A DNA stretch of 63,965 nucleotides, filler included, from Vicugna vicugna (taxonomy: Eukaryota): assembly GCA_013265495.1 (NCBI GenBank). It is 74 parts of 74 records of this genome, joined end to end, with 100 filler letters (N's around TTAATTAATTAA, not from the genome) between each part and the next. Parts side by side here need not be neighbours in the genome. Positions count along the whole stretch, not along the records: positions 35,742 to 36,198 come from PNXW01025657.1; positions 36,299 to 37,748 come from MU062707.1; positions 37,849 to 38,748 come from PNXW01025661.1; positions 38,849 to 39,351 come from MU062708.1; positions 39,452 to 40,477 come from MU062710.1; positions 40,578 to 41,365 come from PNXW01025669.1; positions 41,466 to 41,917 come from PNXW01025674.1; positions 42,018 to 43,453 come from MU062712.1; 66 more parts are not named here. One strand, 5' to 3'. Below are positions 35,742-47,802 of the stretch, piece after piece. The notes beneath the pieces are model-generated. The model saw only the letters and a list, made by a program, of their open reading frames with translations. It was not told where the DNA came from and searched no databases. Positions within the stretch are counted from its first letter, which is position 1. Every line of letters starts with the position of its first letter. The translations under genes were made by a program, and so were the position numbers.

Positions 35742-36198
35742 TCCACGCAGCTCACTTCATTCACAGGTGTTCCCTGTTCAGGGAAGACAGAGAAATACCT
35801 TCCATGACCCTGGGAGGCAGCCTCTGACACTGGGATATCCTGCAATCACCCCTAGCATTCCCTGGCACAGAGACAATAGGAAAACCCTCAGGGGAGACGA
35901 GCTTAGGCATTCCGTTTGAACCCACGCGCTGCCGACCGTTGGTGGAACCTCCCCACGCTCAGGATTCTGGAACTATTGTAAGTGCGTGGGGGATCTCGAG
36001 AGACAACTCCACGCAGCTCTCTTCAGTCACAGGTGTTCCCTGTTCGGGGAAGTCTGAGAAATAACTTCCCTGACCTTGGGGAGGCAGCCTCTACTGCAAT
36101 CACCCCTAGCATTCCCTGGCACAGAGACATTTGGAAAACATTCAGGGGACACAAACTTAGGCATTCTGTTAGAACGCACGCGCTGCCGACCGTTGGTG
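35742..36198 (-). repeat. Satellite A (opposite orientation)
   Basis: Reverse complement of the 267-bp monomer. Confidence 0.95.
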
Positions 36199-36300
36199 NN
36201 NNNNNNNNNNNNNNNNNNNNNNNNNNNNNNNNNNNNNNNNNNTTAATTAATTAANNNNNNNNNNNNNNNNNNNNNNNNNNNNNNNNNNNNNNNNNNNNTT

Positions 36301-37748
36301 GCTGCTCCTGAAGATCCTGCAGCTCCTGCTCATCTTGCTGCTCATGAGGAGCCTGCCGCTCCTAAAGAACCTGCCGCTCCTGAAGAGCCTGCCACTCCTG
36401 AAGAGCCTGCCCTTCCTGAAGAGCCTGACGCTCCTGCTGATCAAGCCACTCCTGAAGAGCCTGCCGCTCCGGAAGAGCCTCCTGATCTTGCCGCTGCTGA
36501 AGAGCCTGCCNNNNNNNNNNNNNNNNNNNNNNNNNNNNNNNNNNNNNNNNNNNNNNNNNNNNNNNNNNNNNNNNNNNNNNNNNNNNNNNNNNNNNNNNNN
36601 NNNNNNNNNNNNNNNNNNNNNNNNNNNNNNNNNNNNNNNNNNNNNNNNNNNNNNNNNNNNNNNNNNNNNNNNNNNNNNNNNNNNNNNNNNNNNNNNNNNN
36701 NNNNNNNNNNNNNNNNNNNNNNNNNNNNNNNNNNNNNNNNNNNNNNNNNNNNNNNNCCTGAAGAGCCTGCCACTCCTGAAGAGCCTGCCCTTCCTGAAGA
36801 GCCTGACGCTCCTGCTGATCAAGCCACTCCTGAAGAGCCTGCCGCTCCGGAAAAGCCTCCTGATCTTGCCGCTGCTGAAGAGCCTGCCGCTCTTGAAGAG
36901 CCTGCTGCTCCTAATGACCTAGCCGCTCCTGAAAAGCCTGCTGATTTTGCCACTACTGAAGAGCCTGCTGCTCCTGCTCATCTAGCCACTCCTGAAGAGC
37001 CTGCCGCTCCTCAAGAGCCTGTCCTTCCTGAAGAGCGTGCTGCTCCTGCTGATCTAGCCGCTCCTGAAGAGCCTGCCACACCTGAAGAGCCTGCCGCTCC
37101 TGCAGAGCCTGCCACTCCTGAAGAGCCTGCCGCTCCCGCTGANNNNNNNNNNNNNNNNNNNNNNNNNNNNNNNNNNNNNNNNNNNNNNNNNNNNNNNNNN
37201 NNNNNNNNNNNNNNNNNNNNNNNNNNNNNNNNNNNNNNNNNNNNNNNNNNNNNNNNNNNNNNNNNNNNNNNNNNNNNNNNNNNNNNNNNNNNNNNNNNNN
37301 NNNNNNNNNNNNNNNNNNNNNNNNNNNNNNNNNNNNNNNNNNNNNNNNNNNNNNNNNNNNNNNNNNNNNNNNNNNNNNNNNNNNNNNNNNNNNNNNNNNN
37401 NNNNNNNNNNNNNNNNNNNNNNNNNNNNNNNNNNNNNNNNNNNNNNNNNNNNNNNNNNNNNNNNNNNNNNNNNNNNNNNNNNNNNNNNNNNNNNNNNNNN
37501 NNNNNNNNNNNNNNNNNNNNNNNNNNNNNNNNNNNNNNNNNNNNNGCCGCTCCTGAAGAGCCTGCCACTCCTGAAGAGCCTGCTGATCTAGCCACTCCTG
37601 AACAGCCTGACGCTCCTGAAGAGCCTGACGCTCCTGCTGATATAGCCGCTCCTGAAGAGCCTGTCACTCCTGCTGATCTTACCGCTCCTGAAGAGCCTGC
37701 TGGTCCTGCTGATCTAGCTGCTCCTGAAGATCTAGCTGCTCCTGAAGC
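36301..37748 (+). CDS. Partial Pro/Glu/Ala-rich repeat coding region (18-bp VNTR, PEEPAA/PEEPAT); gene unidentified
   Basis: The frame starting at 36301 reads AAPEDPAAPAHLAAHEEPAAPKEPAAPEEPATPEEPAL... with no stop in any of the three sequenced blocks; indels are multiples of 9 bp. No start or stop lies inside the contig. Confidence 0.6.
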
Positions 37749-37848
37749 NNNNNNNNNNNNNNNNNNNNNNNNNNNNNNNNNNNNNNNNNNNNTTAATTAA
37801 TTAANNNNNNNNNNNNNNNNNNNNNNNNNNNNNNNNNNNNNNNNNNNN

Positions 37849-38748
37849 AGCGGGTGGGTCACTGCCCCTCCCGATGCTGCAGTCAGATGTTGCCGACTTT
37901 CCAGGTAGGAGGGCGGGTCGTGCCCCCTCCCAGCACCTTGGTCAGGGGCTGTGTTCCTGCCCGACCAGCGGGAGGCCGCTCTCCCTCTGCCTGCGCCGCG
38001 GGTAGCTCCGCTGCTCTGTGCGGCTGTGCGCTCCGCTCTCCGCCCTGGTCGGCACTCCGCGGGTGGGCTCGGGGAAGACCGAGGGACAGCCTTGTCCCTG
38101 CTCCGAGCCAAGACTCAGCTCCTTGTTTGTCCCTGTGGAGCAAGTTCTCCGAGGGACCAGGATGGAAGGATCCTATCTGCCCTGGGCTGTAGGCCCATCT
38201 CAGTCTGGCCTTTGAGGCTGCTAAGCCCTTCGGTGCGGATGAAGGTTTCGCCCCCACCGCCGCCTGGATGCTCAGCGCCGGAGGATATGGCGGCTGTGCC
38301 TGGGCCCCGCCTCTCTTCCCCTGAAAAGTTTCCGTGGGTTTTCAGAGATGGGGGTATGCACCCTTCCCCCGAGAGCACATCAACCTTGCTGTTTTATGGA
38401 GGGCCCAGGGTGTTCTGTCCCGTACACCCACAGCCACGGCGCCCAGCCCCTTGCAGTCCCCCGGGGCTGCCTCCGTGCAGCCGCCCCCGTCCTCCGCCCG
38501 GCTTGTGCATCCTGGCCCTGCCCGCCGCTGCCAGCCCGCGTCGCAGGCTGGGTGTCGGGGGGACGCTCTGTGCCCGTTTAACTTTGTTCTGTCAGACAAG
38601 GGCTGCTCTGTACAGATCCGAGCCTTGGAGGCTCCCCCTCCCTCCCGCTGGCATCTCAATTGGAGAGGGGAGACCCAGCGAGCAAGGGCCAGTCCTCCTT
38701 TGCCGCTCCCTCCCCATGGGACCCGACCCTCGCTGCTTTGCCTTTTGT
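37849..38748 (-). mobile_element. Probable LINE-1 5'UTR (CpG-rich, younger copy)
   Basis: GC/CpG-rich interspersed repeat homologous to 29510-29850; L1 identity is from recognition. Confidence 0.55.
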
Positions 38749-38848
38749 NNNNNNNNNNNNNNNNNNNNNNNNNNNNNNNNNNNNNNNNNNNNTTAATTAA
38801 TTAANNNNNNNNNNNNNNNNNNNNNNNNNNNNNNNNNNNNNNNNNNNN

Positions 38849-39351
38849 TTCCTAATGTCTCTGTGCCAGGGAATGCTAGGGGTTTTGCAGGAAGTCACAG
38901 TGACAGAGGTTACCTCCCCAAGTTCAGGGAAGGTATTTCTCGGACTTCCCCGGATAGGGAACACCTGTGAATGAAGAGAGCTGCGTGGAGCTGTCTCTCG
39001 AGCTCCCCCACGCACTGACAATGGTTCCGGAACCCTGAGCGTGGNNNNNNNNNNNNNNNNNNNNNNNNNNNNNNNNNNNNNNNNNNNNNNNNNNNNNNNN
39101 NNNNNNNNNNNNNNNNNNNNNNNNNNNNNNNNNNNNNNNNNNNNNNNNNNNNNNNNNNNNNNNNNNNNNNNNNNNNNNNNNNNNNNNNNNNNNNNNNNNN
39201 CTCTTACTTCCCCGGACAGGGAACACCTGTGACTGAAGAGAGCTGCGTGGAGCTCTCTCTCGAGCTCCCCCACGCACCGACAATATTTCCGGAACACTGA
39301 GCGTGTGGAGGTGCCACCAACGGTTGGCAGCGCGTGGGTTCCAACGGAATG
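38849..39351 (+). repeat. Satellite A
   Basis: Monomer motifs. Confidence 0.95.
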
Positions 39352-39451
39352 NNNNNNNNNNNNNNNNNNNNNNNNNNNNNNNNNNNNNNNNNNNNTTAAT
39401 TAATTAANNNNNNNNNNNNNNNNNNNNNNNNNNNNNNNNNNNNNNNNNNNN

Positions 39452-40477
39452 GGGGTCAGACTGGTGCGTGGGGCCAGGGCCGGGCGAGGGGTCAGGGCTG
39501 GGCGTAGGATCAAGACCCGGCCTGTGTATAGCACAGGGAAATATACGCAAAATGTTATGATAAATCACAGAGAAAAAAATGTGACAATGAGTGTTATATG
39601 TCCATGAATGACTGAAAAATTGTGCTGAACGCTGGAATTTGATACTTTGTAAAATGATTATAAATCAATAAACAAAAAAGAAAAAAGCCTGGCGTGGGGT
39701 CAGGGCTGGGCGTAGAATCAAGACCCGGCGTCTGTATAGCACGGGGAAATATACACGAAATGTTATGATAAATCACAGAGAAAAAAATGTGACAATGAGT
39801 GTGTATACGTCCATGAATGACTGAAAAGTTGTGCTGAACGCTGGAATGTGACACAACATTGTGAAATGATTGTAAATCAATAATAAAAAAAAAATTTGGC
39901 GTGAGGTCAGTGCGGCGAGGGCGTGGGGTCAGGGCCAGGCGTGGGGTCAGGGCTGGGCGGGACAAGGACGTCGGGTCAGGGCGGGACCGGGCGTGGGGTC
40001 ATGGCAGAGCGTGGGGTCAAAGCCCGGCCGGGGTCACGGTCGGGCGTGGGGTCACGGCTGGGAGGGNNNNNNNNNNNNNNNNNNNNNNNNNNNNNNNNNN
40101 NNNNNNNNNNNNNNNNNNNNNNNNNNNNNNNNNNNNNNNNNNNNNNNNNNNNNNNNNNNNNNNNNNNNNNNNNGGGCAGGGGGGGACCGGGGGGGGGGTC
40201 AGGGCCGGGCGTGGGGTCACGGCTGGGCCGGGCGTGAGGTCAGGGCTGGGTGGGACTTGGCGAAGGGTCACGGCTGGGCGGAGCCGGCGTGAGGTCAGAG
40301 CTGGGTGGGGCCTGGCGTGGGTCACGGTTAGGCAGGGCCGGACGTATGGCCATTACCGGCCGTGGGGTCAGGGCCGGGCCTGGCCAGTCAGCACCGCCGC
40401 CTCCTCGCCCCGCCCTCGCCCTCCCCCCGCCCTCGGCCGTGGCCGCGTCCTGCGACCCCCAACACCGCGCTGGGCCC
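39452..40477 (+). repeat. G-rich ~19-bp minisatellite (GGGCGTGGGGTCAGGGC(T/C)G) containing two L1 tails
   Basis: Repeated GGGCGTGGGGTCA(G/C)GGC units; L1 3' ends at ~39525-39686 and ~39732-39894. Confidence 0.88.
39525..39894 (+). mobile_element. Two tandem 5'-truncated LINE-1 3' ends with poly(A)
   Basis: CCATGAATGACTGAAAAATTGTGCTGAAC..AATCAATAAA(A)n, same family as 54214-54510. Confidence 0.85.
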
Positions 40478-40577
40478 NNNNNNNNNNNNNNNNNNNNNNN
40501 NNNNNNNNNNNNNNNNNNNNNTTAATTAATTAANNNNNNNNNNNNNNNNNNNNNNNNNNNNNNNNNNNNNNNNNNNN

Positions 40578-41365
40578 CCCTACAAATAGCAGTCCAGGAC
40601 CGGACGGATTCACTGAGGAATTCTACAAAACTTACAAAGAAGAACTCATACCAGTCCTTCTCAAACTCTTCCAGAAGATTGAAAAGGAAGGAACACTCCC
40701 AAAGTCATTCTATGAAGCCACAATCACCCTGATACCACAACCAGGCAAAGGCAAAGACACTACCATAAAAGAGGATTATAGGCCAACATCACTGATGAGC
40801 ACAGACGACAATATCCTCACCAAAATAGTAGCAAATAGAATCCAACAACACAGATAAAAGATTATACTTCATGACCAATTGGTGATCATGCCAGGGACAC
40901 AGGGGTGGTTCAACATATAGAAATTCAGCAGTGTAATACATCACATCAACAAGAGAAAGGACCAAAACCACATGATCCTCTCAATATAAGCAGGAAAAGC
41001 GTTTTGTAAAATTCAACACCCACATATGATAAAAACTCTCACCAAAGAAGGTATAGAGGGAACATATTTCAGCATCATGAAAGCAATAGAAAACAGAACT
41101 ACGGCCAACATAGTACTCAACAGTGAGAAAGTCAAAATTTTCCAACTAAAATCTGGGACAAGACAAGGATGCACACTATCACCACTCCAACTCAATATAA
41201 TCTTGGAAGTCCAAGGCCAGCAATCAAACAAGGGAGAGAATTTATAGGAATGCAAATTGGAAAGAAGAGATAAAAGTCTTACTATATGCAGATAATATGT
41301 TACTACATATAGAAAACCCAGCAAGATCCAGACAAAATCTACTACAGCTGATCGAAGAATTCAGC
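40578..41365 (+). mobile_element. LINE-1 ORF2 reverse transcriptase fragment
   Basis: [44 protein letters not shown]; disrupted YADD-like motif. Confidence 0.95.
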
Positions 41366-41465
41366 NNNNNNNNNNNNNNNNNNNNNNNNNNNNNNNNNNN
41401 NNNNNNNNNTTAATTAATTAANNNNNNNNNNNNNNNNNNNNNNNNNNNNNNNNNNNNNNNNNNNN

Positions 41466-41917
41466 AGCGAGTGCCTCTCTATGGGCATTGGAGTTGTTTA
41501 AAATTCATCCTCAAACTTGGAACAACTGTGCCCCACACGAAATGCGTCGACTCTGTTTCCCCAACTCCAGGACACACACGAAGACGGGTTGAGGTTTCCT
41601 GAGTGTGGGGAGGCACCTACAACTGACAGCTGGGCCTGGGTTCTAATAAAATCCATTAACTTGTCTTCACTGATGGCTAGCCTAGGCGGGAGTGCGGGGG
41701 AATGTGAGGGTTGGGCTCTAAAACCAAGTATTATTGAGTGCCTCTCCACGGGATTTGAAGTGATTTAACCTACAACCAAATATTTGGGAATACCTGTGCC
41801 CCCTGAAAGTTGCAAGGACACACCCCACCTTCAGCACACACACGATGTGGTGTTCTGGTATCCTGAGTGTGTGGAGACACCTCTAACTGACAGCAGCACC
41901 TGGGATCTAATATAATC
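41466..41917 (+). repeat. Satellite B
   Basis: CCTGAGTGTGGGGAGGCACCTACAACTGACAGC motifs. Confidence 0.88.
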
Positions 41918-42029
41918 NNNNNNNNNNNNNNNNNNNNNNNNNNNNNNNNNNNNNNNNNNNNTTAATTAATTAANNNNNNNNNNNNNNNNNNNNNNNNNNN
42001 NNNNNNNNNNNNNNNNNAAAAAAAAAAAA

Positions 42030-42209
42030 CACCAAGCTTTGTGGGAAAAAAGATGCTTTTAAATTGGAAACTAGACTACAAACATATATAGGGGAGGTAA
42101 AAGCTCCAACTCTGTTTAATATTGAAAATCGCAGGAATTTAAAATCGGCACTAAGAAAAAGTCTGAGAAAGCAGGGTGAGGGTTCCACCAGAAACAAGTT
42201 TCAACTGTG
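42030..42209 (-). repeat. Satellite C, diverged inverted monomer
   Basis: CATATATAGGGGAGGTAAAAGCTCCAACTC is the reverse complement of GAGTTGGAGCTTGTACCTCCCCATATATATG. Confidence 0.8.
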
Positions 42210-42481
42210 NNNNNNNNNNNNNNNNNNNNNNNNNNNNNNNNNNNNNNNNNNNNNNNNNNNNNNNNNNNNNNNNNNNNNNNNNNNNNNNNNNNNNNNNNNN
42301 NNNNNNNNNNNNNNNNNNNNNNNNNNNNNNNNNNNNNNNNNNNNNNNNNNNNNNNNNNNNNNNNNNNNNNNNNNNNNNNNNNNNNNNNNNNNNNNNNNNN
42401 NNNNNNNNNNNNNNNNNNNNNNNNNNNNNNNNNNNNNNNNNNNNNNNNNNNNNNNNNNNNNNNNNNNNNNNNNNNNNNNNN

Positions 42482-43453
42482 CCGAGTTGGAGCTTGTACC
42501 TCCCCATATATATGTATGGAGTGGAGTTGGCAACTGAAAAGAAACTTTGTGTTCCCTTCAAGCTAGGTGAAGGACGGCTTTCACACACACTTATCTCTCA
42601 GAGCTGAGCATGTGGAGAGCCGTTCGTTCATCCAGCACAAAGGGAACGGGTTGAAGGGGAAACACTTACTCTGGTTTCTTAGTCCGCTTCCTAGTGCCGG
42701 ATTGAAGTTCCTGCGGTTTGCAATGTAAAACCGAGTTGGAGCTTGTTCCTCCCCATATACATAAATGGAGTGGAGTTTGCAACTGAAAAGAAACTTTGTG
42801 TTCCCTTCAAGAGAGGTGAAGGACGGCTTTCATACACACTTATCTCTCAGAACTGTACATGTGGAGAGACGTTCGTTCAACCAGCACAAAGGGAACTGGT
42901 TGCAGGAAAAACACTTACTCTGNNNNNNNNNNNNNNNNNNNNNNNNNNNNNNNNNNNNNNNNNNNNNNNNNNNNNNNNNNNNNNNNNNNNNNNNNNNNNN
43001 NNNNNNNNNNNNNNNNNNNNNNNNNNNNNNNNNNNNNNNNNNNNNNNNNNNNNNNNNNNNNNNNNNNNNNNNNNNNNNNNNNNNNNNNNNNNNNNNNNNN
43101 NNNNNNNNNNNNNNNNNNNNNNNNNNNNNNNNNNNNNNNNNNNNNNNNNNNNNNNNNNNNNNNNNNNNNNNNNNNNNNNNNNNNNNNNNNNNNNNNNNNN
43201 NNNNNNNNNNNNNNNNNNNNNNNNNNNNNNNNNNNNNNNNNNNNNNNNNNNNNNNNNNNNNNNNNNNNNNNNNNNNNNNNNNNNNNNNNNNNNNNNNNNN
43301 NNNNNNNNNNNNNNNNNNNNNNNNNNNNNNNNNNNNNNNNNNNNNNNNNNNNNNNNNNNNNNNNNNNNNNNNNNNNNNNNNNNNNNNNNNNNNNNNNNNG
43401 GTTGTAGAGGAAACACTTACTCTGGTTTCTCAGTTTGTTTCCTAGTGCCGGTT
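42482..43453 (+). repeat. Satellite C (249-bp monomer)
   Basis: CCGAGTTGGAGCTTG at 42482 and 42731. Confidence 0.95.
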
Positions 43454-43553
43454 NNNNNNNNNNNNNNNNNNNNNNNNNNNNNNNNNNNNNNNNNNNNTTA
43501 ATTAATTAANNNNNNNNNNNNNNNNNNNNNNNNNNNNNNNNNNNNNNNNNNNN

Positions 43554-44322
43554 CTCGTCCAACAGTTTATCAGTAGTCTGTTGGACAAAGTCATAAAATA
43601 TTGATTGAAAGTTGCTAGAATGCAATTATTCTTATTAATATTAAGTAAGCACATATTGAGTGCTTACTGTATGATGGAATTGTCCCTCAGCCTCACATGA
43701 ATATTATTTCTCTTAAAACCTCACATATTTCCCTGTTATTCTCACTTTACTGATAAGGAGACTGAGAATTAGGTCTTCTCTCTTTTGGTGGGGGCTCATT
43801 ATCAATGATNNNNNNNNNNNNNNNNNNNNNNNNNNNNNNNNNNNNNNNNNNNNNNNNNNNNNNNNNNNNNNNNNNNNNNNNNNNNNNNNNNNNNNNNNNN
43901 NNNNNNNNNNNNNNNNNNNNNNNNNNNNNNNNNNNNNNNNNNNNNNNNNNNNNNNNNNNNNNNNNNNNNNNNNNNNNNNNNNNNNNNCTGCGTGGTGGAT
44001 GAGGCGGCACGGCTGCTCAGGGAACGCGGATGCCGAGCCATTGGGCTGTGCTCAGGCACGGTGGGGCTTTCTCCAAAGGGCAGTGGACCGTCATTGACAG
44101 ATTTTAACTAGGGGAGTGGGGTGCTCTCGTAGATCACTTCTGTCTTACAGAATGCTTGGAAACATTTAGAAGGCTCGGCAGGAGATGATGTGATGAGTCA
44201 TATTAGAGTGGCTGCGAGGTGTAGCAGTGTTCAATTTTCAAGCGGTTTTCAGGCCCAGGCTTGTGGCTCAGCAGCCCTGTCACTTTGGATGACGCACTCA
44301 AGGAAGTGAAACAATTTATCTA
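43554..44322 (+). repeat. Low-copy segment F, with a MIR-like piece at ~43645-43775
   Basis: Matches 4523-5036; TATTGAGTGCTTACTGT..CACTTTACTGATAAGGAGACTGAG is MIR-like. Confidence 0.8.
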
Positions 44323-44422
44323 NNNNNNNNNNNNNNNNNNNNNNNNNNNNNNNNNNNNNNNNNNNNTTAATTAATTAANNNNNNNNNNNNNNNNNNNNNN
44401 NNNNNNNNNNNNNNNNNNNNNN

Positions 44423-44910
44423 ATTAGGAAGGAAAATTCCCAAAGTTATTCTATGAGGCCTCCAATAACATGATAACAAAACCAGTCAAAGACACAACCA
44501 AAAAAATAAATGAAAATATAAAGCCAATATCCGTGGTTAATATACATTAAAAAATCCTCAACAGAACATCAACAAATTAATCCAGCAATACATGGAAAGG
44601 ATTATACACGATGATTAGTTGGATTCCTTCCAGAGTCACATGGATGGTTCAACATACGCAAGTCAATCAGCATGACATATATTTAATAAAGGAAGGACAA
44701 AATTCACAGGACCATGTCAATACACACAGAAAAAGCATTAGACAAAATTCAACATACATTCATGATCAGAACTCTCATAGAGTATAATGGGAACATCAAT
44801 CAACACACTATAGGCCATTTATAACAATTTATAATACTTAGGGGAAAAGCTGAAAACCTTCTCGGTAAATTCAGGAAAAAGACAAGGATTCCTACTCTCA
44901 ACACTTCTGT
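44423..44910 (+). mobile_element. LINE-1 ORF2 RT fragment, degraded
   Basis: GWFNIRKSI, TEKALDKIQHTFMIRTL, SGKRQGFLLSTLLF motifs. Confidence 0.9.
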
Positions 44911-45046
44911 TCTATAGTAAAAGAAGAAAGGAAAAGGAAAAGAAAANNNNNNNNNNNNNNNNNNNNNNNNNNNNNNNNNNNNNNNNNNNNTTAATTAATT
45001 AANNNNNNNNNNNNNNNNNNNNNNNNNNNNNNNNNNNNNNNNNNNN

Positions 45047-45850
45047 CAACCACCAAACAAGTTACCTATGCACTATGAAATATTTACATTGTCTTCGTAG
45101 CTTTTTCCTATCACCATTTTCAAGAATCACAATTTGATCCCACAAAAACCCACTTGGAGCGAATTCTTCCCTAGAGAAATGTAATTTCAATAGATGCCAT
45201 CTACATGATTTCCATGTTCCGTACATGCTACATACATTTTGGATTTGACAAACATGCATTCCTGAGTTGAGAGCATGTGGATTACTAATCTTTCATCCTC
45301 TATAAAAGGAATATTTTCATCTAGATAGACACGTGTACACTTTTTCACAAACTTTCCCTAATACCATGTTCGAATTCGTGCATTTTTCACAGAAAAATAG
45401 TTCTGGATCGTTTTCCACCTAATAGATATTTAATTTACATGAATTCCTTCAACATGGCAATCCGGGTTCCGTACATGCTACATGTATGACGGATTCGGTA
45501 ATCATGCATTTGTGACTTGTGAGCATGTGGATTACTGACCTTCATCCACCAAACAATGCGGTATATAAATTAGAAAATTACATTTAGAATTATTTACTCT
45601 GACTTCATAGATTTCTCTATCACCAGGTTCTAAAATTGGTCATCTGGCACCAGAAAACACTCTTTGAGCGAAATCTCACAAATACACATGTAATTTACAT
45701 TGTTTACATAACCATGGCATTCCGTATTACGAACATGTTTCATGCATCACGGATTACTCAAACTTGAATTTTTGAGTTGTGAACATGCGCATGAATGATG
45801 TTTCAACCATGAAACAAGTTACCTATGCACTATGAAATATTTATTTTGAC
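45047..45850 (-). repeat. Satellite D, one full ~757-bp unit
   Basis: GTTACCTATGCACTATGAAATATTTA at 45061 and 45818; internal subunits at ~45264, 45514 and 45774. Confidence 0.93.
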
Positions 45851-45950
45851 NNNNNNNNNNNNNNNNNNNNNNNNNNNNNNNNNNNNNNNNNNNNTTAATT
45901 AATTAANNNNNNNNNNNNNNNNNNNNNNNNNNNNNNNNNNNNNNNNNNNN

Positions 45951-46220
45951 ACTTTCAACCACACACTGGCCTAGGCAAACCATCAGGGAAGATAATCAAA
46001 GGGATCCTATTAAAAGCAAGACACTGATGTCAGTTGGAGGAACTACGCCACCCTCAGGATACTGGAACCCAACCTTGTGTGGTGGGGAGAATTGAAGCCC
46101 CACTCCACGCAGATGAATGGGTGCTCAGGTGTTTCCCTTTATGGAGAATTCATCTAAATACTTCCTCAGTCCATCGGGGACACTCGCTACTATTTGGCCT
46201 CAAAGCCCAACCCCCAGGTT
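45951..46220 (-). repeat. Satellite B (opposite orientation)
   Basis: GTCAGTTGGAGGAA..CTCAGGAT..CAGGTGTTTCC, reverse complement of B motifs. Confidence 0.8.
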
Positions 46221-46883
46221 NNNNNNNNNNNNNNNNNNNNNNNNNNNNNNNNNNNNNNNNNNNNTTAATTAATTAANNNNNNNNNNNNNNNNNNNNNNNN
46301 NNNNNNNNNNNNNNNNNNNNTTCTTTAAAAAAAATGAGGAAAGGAACGAAGAAAAGAGATTTCAAACACCCCAAGTTTAAAAAGAAAAAAAAGTGTTTTA
46401 AAAATAGTAGTCAGCTCGGTCTTTTGCTAGATTAGGAGTTTGGGATTAACAGGTACACACTACTATGTAGGAAATAAATAACCAACTCCTAGGTCCTTAA
46501 TAACCTAGTTCAACCTGAATCCTTTCTCTTTTTTACCCCTAAGCAACACGTGGAAGCCTCTGAAATTCTCATATTATAAAAGAATTCATTTAAAAGCTTT
46601 TTGAAAGTTACTGCTTAAAATATTTATTTCTGATTCCGTGAATATAGGTCTATTAAGAAAGATAGACAATAAACCAGTAAGCAAATAAATATATTATGTA
46701 CTACAAAGTATTAATAATTGCCACGAAGAAACATAATACATATTAGGAGAGAAAATGATTGAATAGGATATATGTGCATGCTANNNNNNNNNNNNNNNNN
46801 NNNNNNNNNNNNNNNNNNNNNNNNNNNTTAATTAATTAANNNNNNNNNNNNNNNNNNNNNNNNNNNNNNNNNNNNNNNNNNNN

Positions 46884-47701
46884 CTGTAAATGCTCATGGA
46901 CAAGTTTTTGTGTGAACCCATATTTTCAATTCTCTTGGGGATATATCAATAATGGAACTGCTGGGATGTATTCTGCTTTTAACATTTTGAGGAATTGCTG
47001 AAGTTGCTTTTAAAGTGACTGCACCATTTTATATTTCCAGTAGTAATGTATGAGGAGTCCAGTTTCTCCACATCTTCATCAACACTTTTTATTACCGGGT
47101 TTATAGATACATATTTATATATCATATATCATATATCTTTGTCATCCTAGTTGGTATGATGTGGCATGTCATTGTGCTTTTGATTTCTGTTTCCCTAATG
47201 CCTACTGATGTTGAACATCTTTTTATGTGCTTATTTTCCATTCGTATGTCTTCTTTGGAGAAACATGTATTCAAATTCTTTGCCCATTTTAATTGTATTT
47301 GTCTTTGTATTGTCATGTTTTAAGTCGTCTTTTTCTATTCTGGATAAATGTCCCTTATCAGGGAAAATATTGGAAATATTTTAACCCATTCTGTGGACTG
47401 TCTTCTTACTTTCTTGATAAAGTCCTTTGAAGCACAGAAGTTTTTAATTTTACTGAAGTCCAGTTTACTTGATTTTTTATCCAGTTTACTTGATTTTTTT
47501 CTTTTGTTTTTTGTGCCTTTAGTGTCGTATCTTAGAAGTATTTGTAATCCATAGTCCTGAAGATTTTCTCATTGTTCATTTTCTAAAAGTTTTATAGTTT
47601 CAGGTCTGTGATTTATTGTGAGTTAATTTTCATAAATAGTGTTAAGATAAAAGTTGAGTTTTCTTTCTTTCCAGGTGTATGTTCAGGTGTCCCAGCATCA
47701 T
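46884..47701 (-). mobile_element. Old LINE-1 ORF2 3' fragment
   Basis: KWAKNLNTCFSKEDIRMENKHIKRCSTS..IRETEIKSTMTCH. Confidence 0.9.
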
Positions 47702-47802
47702 NNNNNNNNNNNNNNNNNNNNNNNNNNNNNNNNNNNNNNNNNNNNTTAATTAATTAANNNNNNNNNNNNNNNNNNNNNNNNNNNNNNNNNNNNNNNNNNN
47801 NT

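Noticed and set aside
36299..36922. LLKSLP and RSGRLF ORFs as leucine-rich or RS proteins
   Set aside because: Alternative frames of the VNTR; the LLKSLP frame stops at 36920 while the PEEPAA frame stays open.
37797..38804. Overlapping GC-rich ORFs up to 281 aa
   Set aside because: Expected in very GC-rich DNA, and the sequence is an interspersed repeat with a diverged copy at 29510.
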